DNA of 64,000 nucleotides from Thecamonas trahens ATCC 50062. Its lineage: Eukaryota > Protista > Apusomonadida. The notes under the pieces were generated by a model. It saw only the letters and a program-made list of their open reading frames with translations. It was not told the DNA's origin and ran no database searches. Below, piece after piece: positions 21,757 to 32,764 of this stretch (positions are counted from its first letter, which is position 1; each line of letters opens with the position of its first letter). The translations under genes were made by a program, and so were the position numbers. The stretch is from assembly GCF_000142905.1 (NCBI RefSeq), contig NW_013657611.1, positions 1-64,000 of the forward strand. The letters run 5' to 3'.

Positions 21757-24700
21757 ATGCGTACGCACACCATGCTGCCGATCATCGCTGGAATTGTTCT
21801 CCTTGCCTCGCTGGCCCTTCCAGCGCTCAGCTGCGACATTACAGTTGCGGCTGGCGGCATTGATCCGTCGCTGCGGCCAGCTCTCGCCAACGCAGTCGCT
21901 GCTGGGCGTGACTATGTCATCTGCCTCCAGCCCGGCACTTTCCACTCGTGCGCCTTCTTTGGACAGGCTCCGCTCCTTGTCGACGCCTCGTACGACATCA
22001 CCATCCGTGGTGCGGGTAAGACGTCGACCGTCTTTGATTGCCAAATCGATCCCTCCATCACGGCCTCGCTTTTTGAGCTGCGGCCCGCAGTCGACGGCGT
22101 GACCATTACCTTTGAGAACTTTTCCATTCTCGGCTTCAAGGCTGGTGTTCTCTCCTCGCTCTTTGACATCGAGACCACGGTCACCGGCTCCTCCTTTGTC
22201 TTTCCAACATCTACATGAAGGAAGGCCAGGTGACGGCCGGTAACACCTCTCCATTTATTTCGGCCGACATCCAGGGTCTCTCCTCCTCCATCACCATCGC
22301 CAACTCTGAGTTTGAGGACTGCTCGGCCGTCGGCTCCTCGGGCGTGGTCCGTATCTCGTCCGAAACCGCCTCGTCGGGCATCGCCCTCTCCGTCACCGAC
22401 ACCACCGCCACCGGCTGCGTCGGCAACGGCGGGCCGGGCTTCCTCCTCATCTACGGCTACTCGGGCGACACCAACCAGTGCACCATCAACGCCGCCGATG
22501 TCACCATCACCGACAACACCGCCCAGGCCTCGCCCTTTTCCGGTGCCGTCTTTACCCACGCCTGCTTCCTCAACCTCAACCGTGTGGTCATGGAGCGCAA
22601 CTCGGGCCACTCGGCCGGGGCTCTCTTCGCCTCCATCCCTGCTCCGCTCCGGGCCGACCTCAGCGTTGTCGACTCGACGTTCCGCGACAACACCGGCCTC
22701 GAAGTCGGCGGTGCCATCACAACCTCGGCCTGGCTCAACGTCACTCGCTCTACCTTTTCCGGCAACCGCGGCGTCGAGGGTGGTGCCATCCAAACCACCT
22801 CTGAGTTCCCGCTCTTCGTGACCCACTCGACCTTTGATGCCAACACCGCGTCGGACGACGGTGGCGCCCTCTTCTCCTACGGCGAGGCCACTCTCCGCGA
22901 TGTCACCATGAGCAACAACGTCGCCAAGTTTAAGGGCGGTGCCTTTGTCGCCGTCTCCGACTCGTGGCTCGAGGCTTGCACCATCACCGCCAACTCGGCC
23001 ACCAACCACACCTCCGAGGGTGGCGGCATCCACTCGACCCTCGGCACCCTCTCGCTCTGGTCATCGAGCCTTACCTCAAACTACGCCGACCGCGGCGGCG
23101 CGATCTACTCGAACTCGCCCATCAAGCTCAACCAGGTGACCATGACAAGCAACTCGGCCCGCGTCTCTGGCGGCGGACTCTACGCCACCGGCGAGATTGC
23201 CGTCTCCCACACCACCATCTCCAACGGCGCTGCCGGCGAGGAAGGCGGCGGTGTGTGGATCCAGCAGGTCCGCGATGATGCCAACTTTACTTCGGTCGAC
23301 ATCACCTCCAACTCGGCCGCCGCAGGCGGTGGCTTCTACGTCCTCGGCTCGGAGCTCGCCCAGGTTCGCCTCATCGACGTCGCCATCTCGGATAACGAGG
23401 GCTGGCGCGCCCAGTCGGGCGCGCTTCACGTCGAGGACGCTGACGTCTACACCGCCAGCTCGGTCGTCTGCGCCAACAAGTCGCCGTCGTGCTCGCTCAA
23501 CGTGTGGTGCACCGCACGCGCCCGGACAACCGGCCTCGCCAACGGATGCCGCGTCCGTGATACTTGCTCGCACGGCGCCTCCGTCTGCGCCAAGCCCAAC
23601 CTCGGTACCGAGCCTTGCTCTGAGTGCTGGCCCGGATGGGAGGGCCCCTCGTGCGACATCCGCACAAACTGCGCCGCACCCAACTTTGGAGGCCAATGCG
23701 CGCTCGGCACCGTCTGCCAGCAGTGCATGCCGGGCTTCGCCTTTGAGGACGATCGCAAGGTCAAGTGCACTCGCTGCTCCGAGCTTCCGTTCCCGGCCTA
23801 CGTTGCCTCGTCCGACGCCCCTTGTGCCGCCTGTGACCCGTCGTGCGCCTCGTGCGATGGCTCCTCCACACAGTGCACGGCCTGCGCCCCGGGCTACAAC
23901 GCCCCGATGGGCCTGCCCGGCCCATGCCTGCCGCCCTCGCCGCCGCCGCCGCCGGCTCCCTGCCCCGGCGACATTGTCCTCGACGGCTGCGGTGTGTGCG
24001 GCGGTGACAACTCCACGTGTGCAGGATGCGACGGCGTGCCCAACTCGGGCCTCGCCGTCGACGTCTGCGGCATCTGCGGCGGTGACGGCACCTGCCCGCC
24101 CGCCGCCATCAAGGCATCGCCCAACACTGCAGCCGCAGCCGGTATCGGCATTGCTGCCACCGTCGGTGTCTGCTGCATCATTGCTGTGCTCGTCGTGCTG
24201 CTCATGCGCAAGCGCAAGCGCGACTACGAGAACACCATCGAGCACAAGCAAATGGTCGAGTCGGACCTCGCCCCGTCTGGCCGTGTCACCGTCCTCGCCG
24301 CAACCGTCGAGGACCTCGCCTACTGGATGGAGAACTACCCAGAAGACATGCCCAAGGCTCTCGACGACGTCGCCGATGTCTACGCCGACGCCATCGTCGC
24401 CGCTGGTGGCTACCTTGCTCGCCAGGACAAGACCGATGGCTCGCTTGTCGTCATCTTTGAGTCGCCCACCTCGGCCGTTCGCGCCGCCTCGCTCATCCAG
24501 AGCTCGCTCCTCGAGGTCCAGTGGTCCGCCGCCCTCCTCGAAGACAAAAAGTACCCGCCCAAGGGCGTCCTCTTCCGCGGCCTGCGTATCTCCATGGGCC
24601 TCTTTGAGTGCATCCCGACCCGCGAGTTTGATCCCGAGACCGTCCGCATGACCTACTCGGGCAAGGACTACGAGGCCGGCCTCATCCTCGGCGCCGCCGG

Positions 24701-25682
24701 TGCCGGCGGCCAGGTCCTCATGGACGCCACCGTGGCTGCCACCGCCATGCGTGCCGGCTCGCGCGCCGAGCACGTCGGAAACTACAAGATCGCTCCGCCC
24801 AAGACCGGCTCCCAATCGGGCTCGTCCGACGAGGTTGACGACGACTCGGACGACTCGAACTCTTCCAACCTTGAAGACGAAGAGCACGTGTATTCGCTCT
24901 TCCAGCTCATCATCGACTCGCTCGAGGAGCGCGCAGACATGTTCAAGGACCGTCAGCTCCGCGGCCTCAAGGCCACCCAGGCCTTTGGCTACGGCGGCGA
25001 CGAGGCTCTCGCCGAAGCAAACCGCGGCGACAACTTTGACGGTGACTGGTTCGACTCGGGCGATGACCGCTCGTGCGAGGACGACTTTGACCGCCCGCCG
25101 CCCATTCGCCGCAAGCCTGCCCTGAACTTTGACGCCTCCGTCGCAGACGTTCTTCGCCAGCAGAGGACCAAGCCGGCGAGCAAGACCGCCGACGACGGCG
25201 ACTTTGCCTCCAAGATGCTCTCGGCCGGCAACGCCGACGACTCGGGAAGCCGCGGCAGCTCGACGCTCTCGCGCGCCATGTCTACCCGCGGCCCGCGCAT
25301 GATGCCCGGTGCCTCGGTCTCAAACCTCGAGATGTCGCTTGCCCCAGGTGGCATGGGCGCCTCGCGCGCGTTTGGCTCCATGGTCCTCCCGCAAGGCCAG
25401 GGCGCCGCTCGCTCCTCTACCCAGCCGGCCCCGCTTCTCTCGGCTGCCCTTGCTCGTGCCCAGATGGCCCGCCAGGGCTCGGTTGCCCTCGGCCGCCAGA
25501 ACTCGTCTGCCATGCGCCGCCAGAACTCTTCCGCCATGCGTCGCCAGAACTCATCCTCCATGCGCCGCCAGAACTCCAGGGGCGGTGTCGGTGGCGGCGG
25601 CAACTCGCTCGCTGCACGCAAGGCCAAGCTCGCCCACAAGAAGAACCAGCAGCAGCTCTCTGGTGGCGCCACGCAAGTGTAG
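21757..25682 (+). CDS. Type I receptor: signal peptide, GGA(I/V) beta-helix repeats, furin-like Cys-rich region, TM, degenerate class III nucleotide cyclase (frame break ~22201)
   Basis: Signal MLPIIAGIVLLASLALPALS; repeats NxAxxGGAI; CxxC repeats; TM followed by RKRKR; cyclase-like APSGRVT...GGYL...LFRGLRISMG...DPETVRMTYSG...GGQVL. Confidence 0.8.
25493..25578 (+). repeat. 24-nt coding tandem repeat x~3.5 (RQNSSAMR)
   Basis: CGCCAGAACTCnTC(T/C)GCCATGCG units. Confidence 0.9.
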
Positions 25683-25921
25683 TCCTTAAACCCATTCATC
25701 ATACCTCTCTCACCAATGTCAGACGCCAGACTTTGACAACTTTGACGTCCATGCACCCAGAACGCTGATGCGCGTTTTTGCGTCGCCAACCACCCGTCCA
25801 ACGCGCGCCCGCCGTCCAATGCAACAGACGGCACTCGGCCACCGCTCACTCGCCGCTCTCACTCCCACTTGCGCTCCCACTCCCACGCCAACACTCCACG
25901 CCAAACGACACTCACGCCAGC

Positions 25922-26058
25922 ATGTCGTTTATGGGCTTCTTCGGAGGCATGGACCTCGACAAGCCCTTTTACAAGTCCCGCATGTTCATTGGCGGCACCG
26001 TCGCCTGTATTGCCCTCCTTGGCGTTGAGTACTATGTACGCGGCAGAGGCCTCCTCCC

Positions 26059-26123
<65 letters not shown>

Positions 26124-26503
26124 ACCACCACCACCACCACCCATACTCACATCCAGTCGTCGCGAACATTGCCGGATCGGGGAATCGGGGAATCGGGGTC
26201 TACGGCCGGACGGATCAACTATCAACTGGCCGACAGATGGACAACTACGGGCCCAAGCGACTGACCCCCTCAGAGAGGGCTCGAGTTGAAGAGGAGGAGT
26301 GGGCCGAGGAGGAGGCGAGACTGGAGCGGCTCAAGGCCCGCGATCCTAACCTGAGGAACTACCTCAACCAGATGTCTTCGTCCTCACCTGAGGCCACGGC
26401 TACCCGCCCGACGCAAAGCATTCTCAAGGGCGATGTCGCCCCCATCCAAGTCCAGGCCGAGTCTACTGAGCCTCAGGCTGCAAGCGGGGCATCGACGAGC
26501 TAG
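25922..26503 (+). CDS. Small single-TM hypothetical protein, probable intron 26036-26156
   Basis: TM FIGGTVACIALLGV; GTACGC donor, (CA)n body, TACTCAC branch-like site, CAG acceptor; splicing is one base out of phase. Confidence 0.55.
26062..26140. repeat. (CA)n/(CCA)n microsatellite, probably intronic
   Basis: Directly visible. Confidence 0.95.
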
Positions 26504-26561
26504 CCCCCTCCCCCCCCCCCCCCCCCCCCCCCCCCGCCATGCGCCCACTTATCGGCGTTCA

Positions 26562-29419
26562 TTACTGAACGCTCCTCCGCACGTGCTGCGAGACCCACGA
26601 GACAGGCACGACCCACGGCGGGAGACTGGCCTCAAACGCATGGAGCTGCGGCGTGAGCGCCTGTGAGTGGAAGGCGACTCCGACCGCAAGCCGTCCGCCC
26701 GCCCCAGCAATCACCATCCGGACCTCGAACACGTGCTGGCTCTCGTCCCTCTCCGGGCGGGCGCTGCCGCCGACGGCATCCGTCAGATAGATAAAGTACG
26801 CGCCGTTTGCAGGCCGCGCAGGCAGCGGGTCGGCAATCGACCACTCGACAATCTCGCGCTCGGCCGGAAGCTCAACCGTGAGCGTCGCGTGCGTCGTCGC
26901 CGCCGGAAACCGGAAAACGTACGCCACTCCACCCTCAACTGCGCTGCTGGTGATGCGGACAAGCTCCGGGTTCACAAGCAGCGGCACGTTGCTCGAGTCG
27001 ACCGGCACAACCTGCCCACCCGTCACCATGTCCGCAATTGGGAGGTACCATGGCGCACAATAGACACGGCCCGCCGGACAAACAAGCGTCTCGGCTTTGG
27101 CCGCGTACTCGGCAAGGCCGGCACTTGTCCCGAGAAGCCATCCGATCGAGTTGTAGTCCATGACATTGAGCCAGAGCGCCGAGCCAGGCCCGTCGGCATC
27201 GTCGCCCAGCACGTGCTGTGCAAAGACTCGCTTCGGCCGAAGCTCGGTATACGGTGAGATGCGTGGGACAAGGAGAACACCCACAAGCGTAACGCACACC
27301 AACACGCACACCACAGCCGCTGCAGACACCGTCGCCCGCTTTCGCGCCTCGGGGTACGCCCGCCCAACCGGCGCAGCCTCCATGCCGCGCGCCTCGAGTA
27401 CAAGCAAGGTGAAGACCGAACCGATGACCGCCACCGGCGCACCGACCGCCACACCCATCACCACGTCTGACGGCGCCGCGGTCCCGATCCGCGCCATGAG
27501 CGGGACAAAGAACTCAAAGAGACCCAGGATCTGCACCAGCGCCACCACAAGCGCCGGCACAAGCGCCGCAAGGTGGAGCGCGAGGTATCCGAGCGGCGAC
27601 CGCTCGCACACTCGCGCCACCGCCGGAATCGCCAACGCCACCGCCGGCGCCACGAGCCCGGCCACCCACAGCGCAGGAAAGAACGACGAGCCCTTGTGGC
27701 CAAAGGTAAGGCCGAGGAGGAGCACAACCCACACCCCGCGCATAATGTCGAGTCCAGATGCCCGTCCTGCCACCGCGTACCGCCGTTCAGAGCCAAACAG
27801 CGCCGCGGCTAGCACCACGTTGGCCGCCAGCGCCGCTGGCACAAACAGCACCACCAGGAGCCACTGCGAGGCAAACCACGCCATGGTGTGCCCAAACAAC
27901 GGTGCGCCGAGGGCAAGCACGCTTCCCACTACCGCTGGCGCAAGCATTGTGCCGAGCATCATCCCTGCAAGTGCCATCACGTCGCGCGCAATGTGCCGCA
28001 GCTTGCCGGTAGACGGCGCGCCAAGCTTGGCAGCAATGAGGGCGAGCCAGAGAGCCGCGAGTGCAGAGTGCAGCAGCTCGGCCGAGCGAAGCGTGTAGGC
28101 CACCGTCATGAGGCCGAGGACGTCGAAGAAGACCAGCGACTCGGCGTCCCACGGCGCCTGCTCTGCGGGCGACGGAAACTCGGCGCCGAGTGCAAGCAGC
28201 GTGCCGAGCACGTTGTCGCCGGCATGCTGGAGCGAGCCCTGAGTGACAAACACCTCCTGGTCAAGTGGCGTGTGGTAGACATAACCGTTTGCCACAAACG
28301 CCATGTCGATGCCCGGCAGCTCGCCGTAGTCGCGGTAGATGCGAAAGTCGGTGTCCGACGGGATGATGCCCGACTGGAAGATGTCCTGCGCCATCGAGTT
28401 GGCGTACGGATGCGGCGCGCCGTGGAGGTATGAGAGTGCGAGCCATCCGGCCCTCGGCCCAGTCTGAAACACAATCTCACGTCCGCCCGAGCCGGCTGCC
28501 TCGATGTTGAGAAAGCCGCGGAGGTTGGAACCCCAGCGGTGCTGGGTGATAAACGCATGCGCACCCTGCAGCAACGACTCTTCCGCCCCGTTGAGATTGA
28601 CCACCAGCGGCGCCGAGAGAATCCCCGACTCCGCCACCTCGTCGGGGTACTCGGAAATGACCCGGACAGTCTCAAGCAGGATCGAGACGCCAGCGAGGGC
28701 GTCCGAAGCCGCCGGTGAGTGCAGCGCCGAGTCGTAGTGCGTCGAGAGGAGAAAGCCCGGCGCGTCGTTCTCACCGTCTGCCAGCGAGAGCCGCACCAGC
28801 ACGTTGCTCACGTTGTGGTAGACCGAGGCAAAGCCCGAGATAAAGTCGAGGAAGAACGAACCTGACGCAACCTGGACCTCGACCTCCATCTTGATCCGCG
28901 GTGAGAGCCTCGGCGACGACGCCATGTTGGTGAGTGCCGATAGGATGTACGCCTGAGTGTGGACCTCGGCTGCGTCCGATCCCAGCAGCTTGGGCCCCAG
29001 CAGCGCCATTGCATGCAGATGCACTCTCGCGTTGCCCTCAGAAAACCTTGCTTGCGACCACGGAACCGACGCCGGCGACGAGGAGCGCTTGCACCAGCCG
29101 TCCCGGACCGATCCGACACCCCATCCAGCGCATCATGGGTCGGCGCCGCCGGAAAGTTGAACATAGGCAGCGGCGAGGGCAACAAAGTCGACGATCGCGC
29201 CACAAGAAGCGCCGCGAGAACAACAGTAAAGACAACCGCGAGCAAGCCGTCTGTCGCCAGCCGCATCTTGCTCACTCTCGGCCACCACCCGCTGGCCTCG
29301 CCCTTTCCAACCGCCGCCGGCTTGCCCTCATGGCTCACTCCAACGCTCTTGCTTGGCGAATAGTGGGTGTACTCAAGCCCAATGCCCTTGCGCTGCCGCA
29401 TTCTGCTCGCGCTCTGCAT
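26562..29419 (-). CDS. ERMP1: ER metallopeptidase 1 (M28 family, multi-TM); frame break ~29075-29130
   Basis: RFSEGNARVHL, LSTHYDS, ASDALAGV, NGAEESLLQGAHAF, NIEAAGSGGRE, IPSDTDFRIYRD, YHTPLD, PYTELRPKRVF; upstream exon/frame carries the N-terminal TM. Confidence 0.92.
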
Positions 29420-29637
29420 GTTGTCGTCTTTGGATCCAGAGCGAGAGCGAGAGTGCAGTGGTCTCACCAGCACGAGTCCGAGCAGTGACGCGCCGGGCGC
29501 CGGGTGGTATCCCGCGCCGGGACGGACGCGCCCGGCCGTGACGCAGGAGGGGAAGGGGTTGATTTTAACCCGCTAAGGTACGGAGGAGCTTCTGCAGCGA
29601 TCATCAGCGTGAGATGGGATGTGGGAGGAGTTCGGGT

Positions 29638-29737
29638 NNNNNNNNNNNNNNNNNNNNNNNNNNNNNNNNNNNNNNNNNNNNNNNNNNNNNNNNNNNNNNN
29701 NNNNNNNNNNNNNNNNNNNNNNNNNNNNNNNNNNNNN
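29638..29737. other. Assembly gap (100 N)
   Basis: N characters. Confidence 1.
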
Positions 29738-29824
29738 TTTCGGGGGGCTTCTCACGCGCACTTATCCACCAGAAATAGGATGAGCCCCCCCCAAGTACCC
29801 CCAAAGGTTGGGTGGCGTGGGGGG

Positions 29825-30427
29825 CTACAAGGCAGAGACAATGGCCTTGAGGCTGTCGAGGTCGAGGTGGGCAGTTGCGTCTGGATGGTCGACCGAACCG
29901 AATCGCGGGTAGAGCCAGAGTGTGGTCTCATCGGGCTTGGGCACGGCGGCAGTCAGCGCCGACTCCATGGTAACGGTGACAGAGAGCGCAGTCTCGCCGC
30001 GATGGAGCTCAATCTCTACACCAACAGCGATTGCCCCCATCCGCACCCCGTCAGCACCACCGCCCATGATCAGCCCATTAACATCATGGTCATGGTCGCG
30101 GCCATGGTCATGGTCGTAGTCGTGGTCATGGTCATGGTCGTAGTCGTGGTCATGGTCATGGTCATAATCGTCGTCATCATCATCGTCATCATCATGGTCA
30201 CCCCCCCCATCATCATCATCATCATCATCATGAGTCACCACCACCACCACCACCACTCTGCCCCCCTCCCCCTCCTCCCCTCCTCCCCTCCCACCACACC
30301 TACCTCCAGGCTCCACGCCCAGCCTCTGTGCCACAGCCACAAACAGGTCATGGACGGTGGCCGAAGAGGCGACCGAGACAGCGAACCTTCCCACAGTAGG
30401 CAACGAGATAGAGACAGAGTACGACAT
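29825..30427 (-). CDS. Small ubiquitin-like (beta-grasp) protein, 104 aa after removal of a 288-nt intron (30016-30303)
   Basis: G|GTAGGT donor, GCTGAC branch, TGTAG acceptor; spliced VSISLPTVGRFAVSVASSATVHDLFVAVAQRLGVEPGEIELHRGETAL follows the ubiquitin pattern. Confidence 0.65.
   Translation of the reverse strand: MSYSVSISLPTVGRFAVSVASSATVHDLFVAVAQRLGVEPGGRCGGRGGGEEGEGGRVVVVVVVTHDDDDDDDGGGDHDDDDDDDDDYDHDHDHDYDHDHDHDYDHDHGRDHDHDVNGLIMGGGADGVRMGAIAVGVEIELHRGETALSVTVTMESALTAAVPKPDETTLWLYPRFGSVDHPDATAHLDLDSLKAIVSAL
30085..30254. repeat. CATGGT/CAT/CCA low-complexity repeat inside the UBL intron
   Basis: Directly visible. Confidence 0.85.
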
Positions 30428-30618
30428 GACAAAGACTAGTTATGTATATGTAGGCTATGCGGATGTAGGCTATGTAGGTAGTGTGTCAATAGTGAGGTAT
30501 AGTCGGAGTATAGGTACAAGTGCTCCCACTTGGGCAAGTACGGCCACACCTGCAAGCCAATGTCTCTCAGCTGCTGGCCAACCACCACCACCGCTGACAC
30601 CACCACCTCTCCCACCAC

Positions 30619-32759
30619 ATGTTCAAGTCCGGCTGGGACGACGAACCCTTGGTCCGCGAGCCTCTCTCGCCTCTCTCGCCCCTCCCCCCTCTCTCCGACT
30701 CACCTCGTCGTCGTCGTCGTCGTCGGAGCTCTCATCGTGACTCGTTAGAGCATGCCAACGGCGCGCTTGATGATGGAGGCTGGGGAGATGGGAGAAATAG
30801 GGATGACGTTGGTGGCAATGACAATGGCAATGGCCATGTCGGTGGCGGTGGCGGTGGCGGTGGCGGTGGCGGTCGGGGCGTGGCGCTCAATCCTATCTTT
30901 GCGCCACTTGCTTCCGCCGGATTCGCCCAACCGTCAACATTCGAGTCCCATCTGGAAAGGATGGCCACAACGCTGTCGAGCTCGATCTCGGCAAAGACCG
31001 TCCTCGTCCCACTCTTCACTCTCGCATGGGCCATCTTTCTTCCCTCCATGGCACTCACCTTTCTGCCGGATGCCACACTGTCGTGGTCGTCGGCATTCAT
31101 CGCTGTACTCTCGCTCGCTGGCTCGTCAGCTGTCAACAGCGCCGCCATCTCAGACGTGCCCGGTCGCGTCGTCGTCGTGGCCACCTCTCTCATCTTTGCC
31201 GCCCTCATTGTTGTCGCCTTTTGGTGGGCCACCGCGCGTCTCGCCCACAACCTCTCTCGAAACCTCTCTGACATCGCCTTTGTCCCCGAGGACGTGCTCG
31301 AGCAGGATCCGTACGAGCTGACCTCGCCTCAGGCCGGCGGGCCGTGGCCGCGGCTAGCACTCGCCAGCTTCCTCTGGCTCGCTTTCTTTCCATGGCGGCT
31401 GCCATGCTTCTTGTTGTCCCGGGCGCGGTCACCTCGCTCACTGCTGGTGTCAACATTGCCGCCCAGCTCGCCTCGACCGCTTGGTTTGGCCACATTGACA
31501 CGACGCCGCCTTCGACCCAGATTGTGCTGGCCATCACCCTCCTTGGCCTCACCGTCAGCCTTGCACTTGTTGTCCTGGCTATCACCGACATCCGCCTCCG
31601 CGCTGCCCGATCTGCGCTCCTCCACGCTTACGACAGCGGGCGCTACCTCATCACCCGCCTCGGTGCCGTCGATGAACGCGAAATCGCGCTCCTCCTCGAC
31701 CGCACAACGCTCACCTCACACACTTCGCTCTACATCGCGCTGCCAGTTGTACTACTTGTCGTCTTTGTCTTTTGGCCGAGCCTCGCCAGCATTGCTCTCT
31801 GGCGCGCGGCGAGCAATACCCAGCTCGACCTCCTCGACGCCGCCTACGTCGCCGCCGGCTGCGTCTCCACCTCGTCCTTTGGCGCTTTCCTTCACACCTT
31901 TCCGAACGCCACCCACTCGCCGCATGAAGCCTCGCCCGCACGGGCTAGTGAGGTCGCTTCGCGCCTCGACTCGCAGCTCGAGCTTGTTCTCGCCTTTGTG
32001 CTCCTCGGTGCTGTACTCCTGCTGATGATCGCCTGCTCGTGTGCGGCCTCGCTCGCACACATCCACCAAAACGGCGTCTTTGTTCGCAAGCTCCTGGTCT
32101 CGGTCAACTGGCGCGGCGTCGCTCTCCGCGCTGGCTACTCGGACAACTCGGTGGCGCTACCCATCGACGACGACCCGACCTCGCTCGACCATCGCCAGCA
32201 GCTCCTTGAGCTCCCGCCGCTCATTACTCTCTCGGACGCGTGGGACGAACACCTCACTGTCCATAGACTCCACACCTCGACCTGGCTCACAGCAGGCGCG
32301 ATCCTCTTTGCCGCTGTCGTTGTCCTCGGCGCCGCCATTTCATCCACTCTCCGCTTCGGTCTCTCCTGCTCCTCACTCCCAGCCGGCCTCCTGGACGACC
32401 CCGGTGCAACTCCGTGCGGCTCGTGGCCGACTGCCATTTACATCACAGCCACTTCACTCCTGGGCATTGGCACCGGGAGCGTTGCCGCACCGGCAGCTCT
32501 ACCACCCGGCGGCCGAGCCCTGCTTGCCCTCGCCTCGCTCTTTGCCGCCGCGTGGTGGATCATTGCCTTTGCCGCCGTCTCCGAGGCGGCCGTCGCTGCC
32601 GCCCGGCTCGGATGGCTTCGAGAGCACGAGGACTACGCCTCGACCGTACTCCGCGTCCTCGCCGCCCACGCCGAGGACTCACACGACGCCAGCGAGCTCA
32701 CTGGCCAGCCCTCGTCCGAGCTGTACTCGGGCGAGTCTGAGTACAACAACGAGTCGTAA
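30619..32759 (+). CDS. K+ channel-like membrane protein with about 8 TM helices and up to four pore-loop-like segments (frame break ~31330)
   Basis: Pore-helix-like segments SWSSAFIAVLSLAG, AQLASTAWFGHI, LLDAAYVAAGCVSTSSFG, SWPTAIYITATSLLGIGTGSVAAP...GGR, each between two TM helices. Confidence 0.6.
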
Positions 32760-32764
32760 AGGCT

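Noticed and set aside
22216-22218. TGA ending the first receptor ORF as selenocysteine or readthrough
   Set aside because: The continuation is in a different frame, so readthrough would not join the ORFs
29492-29536. GCCGGGCGC resembling the 5' end of the SRP RNA Alu domain
   Set aside because: The following sequence does not match the Alu/SRP pattern
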